A stretch of 63,751 bases of DNA, counting the filler, from Vannella sp. (taxonomy: Eukaryota), in assembly GCA_023345925.1 (NCBI GenBank). It is 7 parts of 7 records of this genome, joined end to end, with 100 filler letters (N's around TTAATTAATTAA, not from the genome) between each part and the next. Parts side by side here need not be neighbours in the genome. Positions count along the whole stretch, not along the records: positions 1 to 7,696 come from JAJQQN010001273.1; positions 7,797 to 17,009 come from JAJQQN010000917.1; 5 more parts are not named here. The stretch is one strand, 5' to 3'. Shown here piece after piece: positions 1 to 9,825 of the stretch (positions are counted from its first letter, which is position 1; each line of letters opens with the position of its first letter). The notes below the pieces were generated by a model. It had not been told where the DNA came from. It was given only the letters and a program-made list of their open reading frames with translations, and searched no databases. The translations under genes were made by a program, and so were the position numbers.

Positions 1-199
1 CAGAGGAGATCCTGAACAATCTCAACGAGAAGGGCGTTGGGTTCATTATCAAAGTTTGTTTCCCTCAACGCTCGACTGGCACCTCTGGGGACCTAAAAGA
101 GCTTCTCCGTACACTGGTTTTCGGTCCGTCACTCGATTCTTCTGTCATCAAACCGATGGCTGCTGACTTACAACCCCTTTCCAGCCAGCGATTCCACTC

Positions 200-3076
200 T
201 TGCAGATTCGGCGTTACTTGGAACAAAACTTTGCAGCAGACGTTTCTCTTTTCGAACACAATTTCACCGCTTTTAAGCCCTGCACAACGTTTGATGAAAT
301 CTTTGAAACATTACTGAAGGAGAAGCGACGAAAGGAGGAGGAGAAGGTTGAACAGAACCTAAGAACGGACCTCCGCAAATGCTTTACTGACTTACAAAAT
401 TGTAATTCCTACATTTACATACACAACAAATCAGTGACCAAAACGAATCTCAAATGGGAATTCCTGAAGGCAGTTAAAAACTTCCTTCAGTTTCGCCTTG
501 CTACTTCCCGGAAGAACAACGTGGAGGATTCCTTCAAACGTGGGCTTCCGCACAATCACAAAGATCTCAATGCTCTACTGAAGTCCATGGGTTGTAAATT
601 CCTACCCAATCTGGATGTCTCCCCCCAAAAGACCAAACATAAGCCTTTCGGAGCTGGTCATCCCATGTACGACAAAGAGAAATCGAAGCGCGTTCCTGTT
701 TCTAAAGAAGGGAATATTGCGACATGGCTGATGGCCTGCCAGCCCGAGAACCATTGGAGTGAGCCAGAGATCGATAATGCTTTGGGCACATACTTTTGGA
801 CTGGACAGCGTATTGGCAGTCTCTTGGCAGCCACTGCATGCGGCAAAACGTCTGCAGTGCAGCGGGCACTATCAAAGGACTATGGCCTGTACTTAACTTG
901 CAGCAGACCGGAAGAAAAAATCTTACTAAGAGAAATTGTTGATCGCCAGATGATCAAACTTGTCGAGAGTCTCCAGTACCCTGCTATAGAACAAGAGGAA
1001 GTGATCGCCCTTGCTCCCAACTATGTTCAGCTCGCTATCATCGCTCGACTGCACATTCTTTGGTTCCGGACAACAAACCACATTCGCGATAACAAAAGTC
1101 TCCCATCACCCGAACAGTTTCTGATGTGGCAAATTAATGTTGAAACTGAACACTTTTGCGATTCTCTGGAAGTCTTGATCAGAAAAACCAGTTTCCCCTT
1201 CCTCCCGCACAACACCCTTGCCGAAACAGCGATATCACTCTCGGACGAATTGGCACTTTTGCTAGGAAGGGGGAAAACCCTTCCATTTTTCATTGACGAA
1301 GCTCACGTCTATGGCCTACCCGACACGCTCAATGGAAATTCCTTAGTTACTAACAATGGAACTACGCGTTTGGGTGGGCTAATCTCTATTTTGATTCAAT
1401 CTATCTTGAGTGGTGCAGGCTCCAGTCGTTCCCTCCTGATTTTCGGGACCGCAATGAAGGTCGATCTTGGGGAGATAATTTCTTCTTGTGGAGGCGGCCA
1501 AGGTTCTAAAGGAGCGAAATTAAAATTTCAAAGGCACGTGGGACACTCCTTGATTAAGACACCAGAAGAGGCAATCGAATTGCTGGAGATCTCATTCACA
1601 GTGCCCCCCGAGCTTGCCAAGCACATCAATTCTGTAGCTTTCCTGCAGTACTTTCCGCTTCGAAGGCGCTTCTTTTCTTCCATGCTGATTCATTGGGACG
1701 AGATTTTCCAATTGAATCGGGGTAAAAAAAAAACCACCCCGGCAAAGCTTGCTGCTGGAACAGATATGGCAAAAATAGAAGCCATTGAGAGCCTTGTCGA
1801 TCAAACCCAAAAATTCTTGGATTTGAAGGAACACCACAGGTTCTCCCTTGCCCAGCTTGAGTATCTGTCCTATAATGCAGGAGATTCTTACTTTTTGGAA
1901 TCTTTTGCAGATAAAGCGCGAGAGGACATTCAAACGAGCCTGCTGACGACTGGTCTGTGTTCTTACTCCAGTATGGTGCATGATGAGGGTTCGCGCCAAT
2001 TCGTTCAATTTGTGACAAATGAGTATGTAACCAGAGGAGTGCTCCGCACTCTCACAGAAAAAATCGCCACGGATGTCAGGGCAATCCATTTGAAAGAATC
2101 TCTTAGCGCCATCTACAGGACTGTCCGAGAAATGAAAAGTAGTCACTGCGATATTGCTTTTGGTCTCTGTCTCCGCCTGATCTCATTAACATCCAATTCG
2201 ATTTCTGAGTGGCCCTTTTTCGAGAAGCTACCCAACAAGTTCCCGCCATCCATCGATGCCTTTCGAAAGAGTAAGGAACGTGGAATCATTCATGGAGTGA
2301 TCAGCGGCAAATCAGCCCTCCTCATTCACCTCTCTGAAGTCTACAATCAACAAAAAAAATCGGATCGACGTAAAATCGACATTTTGGCCAACTACCTCAG
2401 AGGTGGTGCTCCAGAGCAATCTCCAGCATTCGCTTTGTGTGACCCTTCGACCGGCCTTGATGGTGCTGTGTTCTACATTCTTGAAAACAACCTCGAGCAC
2501 ATTATCAGTGGCTTTGTTCTCCAACTTTCGGTCTTTGCTCATGCTGATGGCGTTGCTTTGGTGAAATTGAATGAAAGCTCTGATCGGTTCGAAAAGTATG
2601 GCTGGATATTCTTTGCTCACAAACTCCTGGAGACCTCAATTCCGCAGACTGCCAACGCACAAACCAAGATGAACGTCGACCAGTCCGACTCGAACAAATT
2701 TTACCTGCAGCTCGCCCGTTGTGCAGAAACAAGCCAAACCCCCATGAGGTTGCGGGGGGAAAGAAAGGAGGCACCGTCGGTTTTCGAGAAAAGTCCAGTT
2801 CAGAAAAAACAGTCTGCCCTCTTCCGCAAGCTTCTCAACCGATTCAAAAACAAGCTGCCAATTGCAGTCACTTTAACCAATCTGAAACTCACTTGCCACC
2901 CAAAAACCATCGCGTTAATGCAGGGAAAAGCGATTCTCTTGAACCAGACCTTCTTTGAGGAGATGACAGACGTTAAATTACAGCAAAGTCACTCTACCGT
3001 CAACCAAGATCCTTCAAGAAAGAGAAAGAGACAGAGAGGAGAATCTCCATCTCCTCCCCCAAAAAGAAGAAAGTGA
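200..3076 (+). CDS. Crinkler-type P-loop NTPase + putative restriction-endonuclease-fold protein (5' end probably upstream of the ORF/window)
   Basis: 958-aa ORF; Walker A ATACGKTS followed by YGLYLTC; Walker B FFIDEAH; C-terminal LCDPSTGLD motif; basic NLS-like tail RKRKRQR...PKRRK. Confidence 0.55.
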   Translation: MQIRRYLEQNFAADVSLFEHNFTAFKPCTTFDEIFETLLKEKRRKEEEKVEQNLRTDLRKCFTDLQNCNSYIYIHNKSVTKTNLKWEFLKAVKNFLQFRLATSRKNNVEDSFKRGLPHNHKDLNALLKSMGCKFLPNLDVSPQKTKHKPFGAGHPMYDKEKSKRVPVSKEGNIATWLMACQPENHWSEPEIDNALGTYFWTGQRIGSLLAATACGKTSAVQRALSKDYGLYLTCSRPEEKILLREIVDRQMIKLVESLQYPAIEQEEVIALAPNYVQLAIIARLHILWFRTTNHIRDNKSLPSPEQFLMWQINVETEHFCDSLEVLIRKTSFPFLPHNTLAETAISLSDELALLLGRGKTLPFFIDEAHVYGLPDTLNGNSLVTNNGTTRLGGLISILIQSILSGAGSSRSLLIFGTAMKVDLGEIISSCGGGQGSKGAKLKFQRHVGHSLIKTPEEAIELLEISFTVPPELAKHINSVAFLQYFPLRRRFFSSMLIHWDEIFQLNRGKKKTTPAKLAAGTDMAKIEAIESLVDQTQKFLDLKEHHRFSLAQLEYLSYNAGDSYFLESFADKAREDIQTSLLTTGLCSYSSMVHDEGSRQFVQFVTNEYVTRGVLRTLTEKIATDVRAIHLKESLSAIYRTVREMKSSHCDIAFGLCLRLISLTSNSISEWPFFEKLPNKFPPSIDAFRKSKERGIIHGVISGKSALLIHLSEVYNQQKKSDRRKIDILANYLRGGAPEQSPAFALCDPSTGLDGAVFYILENNLEHIISGFVLQLSVFAHADGVALVKLNESSDRFEKYGWIFFAHKLLETSIPQTANAQTKMNVDQSDSNKFYLQLARCAETSQTPMRLRGERKEAPSVFEKSPVQKKQSALFRKLLNRFKNKLPIAVTLTNLKLTCHPKTIALMQGKAILLNQTFFEEMTDVKLQQSHSTVNQDPSRKRKRQRGESPSPPPKRRK

Positions 3077-3268
3077 GCACAGCCAAATCCGGCTCCTCGC
3101 AACATAAGCACCCTCTTGCCTCCTTATTCATCTCTACTTCTTGAAAGAAAAGGAAAGGAGCAATCCAATACACCAATCACCCGATTCGCTGTTCAGTCAG
3201 GAACACCTCTTTCTTTTCCCTAAGGGCTCAATATCAAGTTTTACTGTGTTGCATCAGGGTACAAGTCT

Positions 3269-4552
3269 TCACCTGATGTGGGTGGATGCTAGGATAGGCT
3301 TAGTACCACGAGGGAGAGTGCTTTTGGGTGGGAACACCTTCCACAAGCAGAGTTTTTCATCAGCTGCAGCGGTGGCGACGCTGGTACCGTCTGGACTCAG
3401 GCACATGTGAAGTACCCTTTGAGTGTGGCCAATGAGATCTTCAGCAACTGGCTTAAGGCTCGGATAGCTCCAAATAGACAATTGGTTCTTCGCATAGCCA
3501 TGGCTGGAGATGATCTCTTTCGAATGCTTGCTCCAACGCAACGCGCAGATCTGTGACCCAGTGTCTACGTGCTTGAGCTCCGCGCCTGTGATGGTGTTCC
3601 AGAAGCGGATACAACGGTCTCCTGTTCCCCCGCCAGTGGCCAGCAAGTCTGCTTGGAAGGGGGCCCAGGATATCGCTTTTACAGCTGCTTTGTGGGCTCG
3701 CAGTTGGAACCGAGGAGTAACTCGAGACTCTGACAGGTGTCGGGAGTCCCAAAGGGCGACGAGATTGTCGTTCCCTCCACTGGCAAGGCAATGGCCAGCC
3801 GGGCTCCACTCAAGTCCACATACCTCGGAGGAATGCGCACAGAAGGAAGAGAGCACATGCTTTCGGGTGCGTACATCATGATTCAACACGGCGGTGTCCT
3901 TGCCTGCAGAGGAGAGCACAAACTTGTTCCAAGAGAGAGAGGACACTCTCGCTTGATGACCTGGCATGGTTCGAAGAAGAGCGGATGATTTCGCATCCCA
4001 CAGTTGAACACAGTTCAAGTCTGTACCAACGGCCAAGTGGTCGCCATCCCCTGACCAACGAACGGAGGTGATCCGAGAGCCAGGGGGAAGGCACTCGATC
4101 TTCTCGATGGCACCGCTGGCTGCATTCCAAAGGAAAGCTTCATTGCGAAGGGCGATTGCAAGAATGTTGTGGCGGCTCCAGTCCAGCAGGTTGAGGTAGA
4201 AATCGTCCTCCAGAAGAGGTGCTTCGAGGGTCAGTTCGGGGCGAGAGGGGACTTCTCTCAACCCTGCCGCTTTCGAGTGTCGATGGGGTTTACTGTCGCA
4301 GGTGAAGAGCACTTTGTTCTCGTTCTCTTGGTCGTTACGAGGAGCTGGCGGCTTCTGTCGGAAGGTGAGAACCTTCTGCGTGGTTGGGCCGTACAAAGAA
4401 CGGGTGAGGTTCTTGTAAAGAGGAGGAGTGGAACAGGCTGTAGCTTCGGGTTGGCTTTCAAGAGAAAGGGCGACCAGGTGGTGGCTCAACTCGACGTCCA
4501 TATCTTCTCGTTGGGGGATGAAGCGGTCCGATACAGCATCCAAGGGTTCCAT
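3269..4552 (-). CDS. CDC20: APC/C activator Cdc20/fizzy (WD40)
   Basis: C-box DRFIP, LEAPLLEDDFYLNLLDWS, WD40 repeats, C-terminal IR tail. Confidence 0.92.
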   Translation of the reverse strand: MEPLDAVSDRFIPQREDMDVELSHHLVALSLESQPEATACSTPPLYKNLTRSLYGPTTQKVLTFRQKPPAPRNDQENENKVLFTCDSKPHRHSKAAGLREVPSRPELTLEAPLLEDDFYLNLLDWSRHNILAIALRNEAFLWNAASGAIEKIECLPPGSRITSVRWSGDGDHLAVGTDLNCVQLWDAKSSALLRTMPGHQARVSSLSWNKFVLSSAGKDTAVLNHDVRTRKHVLSSFCAHSSEVCGLEWSPAGHCLASGGNDNLVALWDSRHLSESRVTPRFQLRAHKAAVKAISWAPFQADLLATGGGTGDRCIRFWNTITGAELKHVDTGSQICALRWSKHSKEIISSHGYAKNQLSIWSYPSLKPVAEDLIGHTQRVLHMCLSPDGTSVATAAADEKLCLWKVFPPKSTLPRGTKPILASTHIR

Positions 4553-4885
4553 TAGCTCCTACGATACAATGAAAGTCTTCGTTCGCCATTGGCGCAATGT
4601 ACTCAAAGCCGTTCCTTTAGAAGGACGAACTCCCGTTCCCGCTCTGCCATCAGCGAATGGTCCGAGAGGCCAATTCCTTTGCTGTTGCTATTTATGCATT
4701 TTATCATGAATCACATGACGATAAGCAAGTTTCGGACGAAGCTGGTTGAATTTTCATTCCGTGAATTGGTCCAAAACAGGTCCGAACCATTGAATAATGA
4801 TGTAATTACACGTCACCGCACGTGCGATTGTTTACTGCGCCATTCGGGTCTCGATCAGCCTCTATTCTTTTCCATCATAGCACCA

Positions 4886-6240
4886 ATGCTCACGGTGTCA
4901 TCCTCCTCCTTTTCAACTGGCTTGAGAAGGACCCTTGCGTTACTTGTAGGTTCTTCCCTCTCGGAAAATGTACCCTTTTTTGACACCCCCTCTCTCGCAG
5001 CCCTCGATTCGCTCCGCTTACTCATCACTCTCTCTTCCTGAATCTGTAAAGATTGTGGAAGTGGGACCCCGAGATGGCTTGCAAAGCGAGAAGAAATTCG
5101 TCCCCACGAATGTGAAGAAGGAGCTCATTGCTCGACTGGGAGCTTCTGGTCTCTCTGTCATAGAAGCTACCTCCTTTGTCAACCCTCAATGGGTCCCTCA
5201 GGTAAGATCCTACGAGGAAACAGAAAGAGAATTTCGCTCATGTGATCTCAGATGGCCGACAACACTGCGCTCTTCACCCAAATTGAAAAGCTTCCAGGCG
5301 TCTCGTATCCAGTCTTGGTACCCAACATGAGGTAAGACAACCCCACCTCTGAACCAGAAGGCCCTCTTCTCACCAGCAATTCCTTAGGGGCTACGAACAA
5401 GCAGTCGCAGCTGGAGCGCAAGAAATAGCGATCTTTGCAAGTGCTTCTGAAACCTTCAGCAAAAAGAACATCAACTGCTCCATCGAGGAGAGCCTCCAGC
5501 GCTTCACTCCCATCTTCACTCAGGCCAAGAAGGATCAAATCCGCATCCGTGGGTATGTCTCCTGCATTGGTGGTTGTCCCTACGAAGGCCCAGTGGAGGC
5601 GCGTGTCGTCGCAGACATTGCGGAGAAGATGTACAAAGAAGGCTGCTACGAAATCTCCCTTGGGGACACCATCGGCACGGCGACAGCTGCTTCCATCTGG
5701 AAAGTCCTCCAAGAAACCACCAAACGCGTCCCTATCGAGAGCTTGGCTGGTCATTACCACGACACCTACGGACAGGCGCTCCCCAACGTCCTTGCTTCTC
5801 TTCAAATGGGAATGAGAGTGTTTGATTCTTCTGTCTCTGGCCTGGGAGGATGCCCATATGCCCTTGGTGCCTCCGGTAATCTCTCCACTGGTACGTTCTA
5901 CACTTTACCGATGTCCTTCGACTTACACTGATCTACAGAGGAGCTTGTTTACATGTTACACGGGATGGACATTGCCACTGGTGTTGATCTTGGCCAACTG
6001 GTGGAGGCTGGTGACTTCATCAGCCGTTTCCTCGGTCGTCCCAATGGCTCCAAAGTCGCTGTTGCCCTGCAAGGAGGCTGCAAAACAAAGGAGTCCCAAG
6101 AGATCGTCCTTGAAGTGGCTCCAAAGGAGAACTTGTCCCCACGGCCATCTCGCACCGTCCATTATGTCCATTCCTCTCCCAACCGCGGCCGAGCCGCTCT
6201 TTCATGTTCCCCATCCAGTGGTGGGATGACTTCTGTGTAA
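4886..6240 (+). CDS. HMGCL: Mitochondrial hydroxymethylglutaryl-CoA lyase (about 4 GT-AG introns)
   Basis: [40 protein letters not shown] motifs across ORF fragments joined by short introns. Confidence 0.93.
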
Positions 6241-6309
6241 ATGCTCTGCCAAGAAGTGCGAGCGTATGTGTATAAACCAGTTATTCCTATTCCCTACCCA
6301 TTTCATCTT

Positions 6310-7251
6310 ATGCCCGCCCTTGGTTTGGTTGTTGTTCCTTCTCCTCTGTCTGAAGCGGGAGGTAGCCCCTCCAACATTGCGGTTCTTACGTGAGTGGTCT
6401 TGTTGTTTGATGAATGCGGGGCTCATCGCTTTGTTTCCAGGAGGAAGCACTTGCGCACTCCTGAGGCCGTCCTCCTCACCCGACACTTTCTTGAAGAGTT
6501 ATCACGTCTTAAGCAACGGGGAGAGGAGTAAGACCTTCCCTCGCCACACAGATGGCCGGCTTACTGAGTGACGAATACTAACTTGTCTTTCAAACAGAAC
6601 TACACAGCCAGAGGGAATCGCAAGCTTAGTTCTCGGCCGCTATCGCTTCACATACCAGCCCCTCTTTGAAGTGCTCCTCATGGTTGTCAGCCAGGCGGAG
6701 GACAACCCTTACACATGCCACCAAACGCTCCAAAGCACGCGAGAGTACGCTTCCTTGGGCGCTCTCCCTCTTGTTCTCACGGGAGAAACAGATTCTTTCA
6801 GGTTCTCTGCAAAGGAGCGGAGATCACCCCCACCAAGCTGGCGAAAAGCCCCCTCGAGGTTCACTTTGGCCTCCAGCGCATTCTCGCTGGGCAAGAAGGT
6901 GCCGATATTCTCTCTCAGAAGCCCATGGAGATGTCTCCCCACACGACCCTTCGGGTAGGATCTACCAGATCTCTCAGAGCATGGACTGATCCACCAGCAG
7001 AGCCAAGACATCATCGGCAGTCCGATTATCGGAGGATCGTCTCGCTTCCGCGACCAGGTAGAGGAAGACGTATCAGAGAGCTCTTTGGATGTATTTGAGA
7101 AGAGGTAAGCTCCTCCTGCAGGTTCGCAGACAAATCCTCACAAGAGCACAGAAAGCAGGAAATGGACAAAGTCTCTTTCTCTCTCCCCCCGTCACTCTTC
7201 TTGCCCGAAGAGCCAGTGCAACGACCAGAAGTCCCTCTTCGAAAGAAATAG
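6310..7251 (+). CDS. TSET complex medium-subunit-like (TCUP/TML) longin protein, multi-exon
   Basis: Hand-spliced MPALGLVVVP...RYRFTYQPLFEVLLMVVS...DNPYTC...VLCKGAEITPTKLAKSPLEVHFGLQRIL resembles the plant TML N-terminal longin domain. Confidence 0.6.
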
Positions 7252-7696
7252 GAAAAGGATTGAGTTCCATAAAAGTACTTCGATGGACTCTTCTCCTACA
7301 CTGCCCCACTGCAAGATCCTTGACTGGATGGGAAGCAACACATCTCCTCCATCTGAGTCCTGCCTCGATCGTTGTCAAGCCCTCTCGAGCCCAGTTCCCT
7401 TCTCGGGTTCGTTTATTCATCTGGTGATGGAAGGTTAACCCTAGCTCTACCATTAAAGGACAATTTGAATTTATTTATTTTTGTGGAAAACGGGGTTTAT
7501 TATTACGCGTTTGCACCAAGTTTTTCCGGAATCCGCCCCCCAAAAAAATTAATTTTTTTCGGACGCTTTCCTTTGCGATTTCTCTTTCGTGTGATGGACT
7601 AGGCGTTAGCAAACTATATGTACACATCAAGTGTTCAAGTGTCTAAACGACCATATCATTTTCATATCGTTCGAGAAGGACACTAATCTGTCAGTA

Positions 7697-7796
7697 NNNN
7701 NNNNNNNNNNNNNNNNNNNNNNNNNNNNNNNNNNNNNNNNTTAATTAATTAANNNNNNNNNNNNNNNNNNNNNNNNNNNNNNNNNNNNNNNNNNNN
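7697..7796. other. Artificial contig linker
   Basis: N-run + TTAATTAATTAA (stops in six frames) + N-run, 100 nt. Confidence 0.98.
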
Positions 7797-8082
7797 CGAA
7801 CAGCTCAAACAACTGATCAACTCTTCTCCTGTTATGTTGTTCATGAAGGGAACACCCGATCAGCCAAAGTGTGGCTTTTCGACGGAGATTGTTGGGCTCC
7901 TCAACAAGCAGGGGGTGCACTTTAGTTCCTTCAATATTCTCAGTGACAACAGTGTCAGGCAGGGTCTCAAGGAGTACAGTAATTGGCCAACTTTCCCTCA
8001 GCTCTACATCAAGGGTGAGCTAATTGGTGGTTTGGACATTGTCAAAGAAATGATCGATTCTGACGAGCTCTTCACGAGCTAG
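7797..8082 (+). CDS. Monothiol (CGFS) glutaredoxin, 5' truncated by linker
   Basis: [34 protein letters not shown]. Confidence 0.93.
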
Positions 8083-8099
8083 TCAGAATCGGTCATTTC

Positions 8100-8244
8100 T
8101 TCGAGTCTTTTGGTAGACCAGATGGAAGACTAGCCGGTAGCGTTCGGAACAGATTTGTGCATTAGATATACTAATGCTAGTAGCGATTAAACTATTAAGA
8201 ACAGATACTACACTTGATCTAAGCCATTAAGGCCGAGAAGTTAC
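8100..8244 (-). ncRNA. U2 snRNA (5' domain clear; 3' half atypical, 3' end uncertain)
   Basis: Minus strand CTTCTCGGCCTTAATGGCTTAGATCAAGTGTAGTATCTGTTCTT with branch-recognition GTAGTA; stem IIa TAATAG-TTTAATCG-CTACTA; stem IIb GCATTAG-TATAT-CTAATGC. Confidence 0.85.
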
Positions 8245-8721
8245 TGAAGGGTAGCATCCTCGTGGATTCTTCCAAGACTGACTAAAAAGTCAGTCTCATT
8301 TGAAGGCTATGTCGAGTTAAATGCCATTTTGGTACACACCAACGAAGGCAACAAGGGAGGATGCCTTTGAGCGCGTTGATTATCAAGAGGTGAGGCGTCC
8401 GTCTGAAAGTAGTACGAAGTGGCATTGTAGCTTCAACCTTGGGGAGAATCTGAAGTGTTTCCCAGAGGACCTTTGAGGCTCAGCCGATCAGATTCAGTTC
8501 TCTCCTTCTCCTTCTTGGGATTAGTCCTGATGCTCCTGCGGATGGGACCGTCCTTGTGAGCTTGTATCCCTGTCGTCCTCATGATGTCCCAGCGAGTGCC
8601 GACAGAGCGTGATCTCGTCCCCATGACAATGCAAGCGAGCCGATGAGTGCCCCTCCCACCCAAATGATAATAAAGACTAAAATCATTGTTTAAACTAATA
8701 GGTGATTATTCATTGTGGGGC

Positions 8722-9381
8722 ATGAGTGCCCATAAGCGGCTGGGGGAGCAGTGTTATGCGAAAGGCCCGAGGATTGTAGGAGGGGTGATCCAGTGGTGAT
8801 GGAATGGTTCTGATAGGGAGGGAAGAGCGCAGAGCTGTTCATGTTGACGTACGGCGCCATCGTAACGCAGCTTCTCGTCGACTACGACACAGTGGAGGAG
8901 GTGAACGCTCAGTTGGATAAGATGTGAGTTCTCAACGATAGCAGACGTATATAGTTGTCCTCACCAGTGTCCCAGGGGCTACAATATCGGTGTACGACTG
9001 ATTGACGAGTTCTTAGCGCAGTCGCGCATTACCAAGTGCAGCACGTTGAAGGAGACGGCAGAGGTCATCTCCAAAGTGGGCTTTAAGATGTTCTTGGGCA
9101 TAACAGCCAATGTGGGCAACTGGTCGGCGGATGAGAAGGAGTTCAGCCTACTCCTTGACGAGAACCCGTTTACCGAGTTTGTTGACCTCCCTGAACAATA
9201 CCAGGACCTTCTGTACACCAACATCCTGTGTGGTGTCATTCGAGGAGCTTTGGAGATGGTCCAGATGCGCGTGGAGTGCCGCTTTGTTGCAGATGCTCTC
9301 CGCCCAGGGGACGACACCACAGAGATCCGAGTGTACTTTAAAGAGTACCTTTCAGAGGCTGCTCCCATTAATGACGAATAG
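8722..9381 (+). CDS. TRAPPC3: TRAPP complex subunit Bet3 (2 introns)
   Basis: ELFMLTYGAIV, GYNIGVRLIDEFL, ENPFTEFVDLP, YTNILCGVIRGALEMV. Confidence 0.93.
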
Positions 9382-9825
9382 AAAGCGCTCTCATAACGAA
9401 ATAGGCCTCCACTGAATACGAGTTATTCACTTTGCGTGGCGAGCGAGTTTATCTGAGTTGGTTGGGACATGAGACTTGCACATTGTACATATGCTGCATC
9501 TACTAGTTAGGGAGAGCAACGCCGCGGATTCCCGAGGACTGAAGTCCGTTGACTTAGTTTCTGAATCATCTGAAATCCCAGTTTCTGTAATGGAGGCCAT
9601 CTGAATGATCTCCAGGTCATTGGAATGGGGAGTCACTTTGGCTTCTAAGAGCAAAAGGATCCGTGTAGAAAGAGTCCCACTGATCTGAAAACGCAAAAAG
9701 GTCCGGACAAGTCAGTTGAGCGAAGGCAAGTAACTCGGTAGTGCTTCAAAGTTACGCTCGCCAGATCCATGGAATAGTTCATTGCCTAGTAGTAACCTTT
9801 CTTGATCGGTCTGGTAAAGGCTTTA

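Noticed and set aside
8600..8650. ACAGAG..GAT..CCCC..ATGACA resembles U6
   Set aside because: No AGC triad or internal stem-loop; likely chance
9427..9790. Possible small gene between BET3 and AP4M1
   Set aside because: No recognisable motif or consistent splice model
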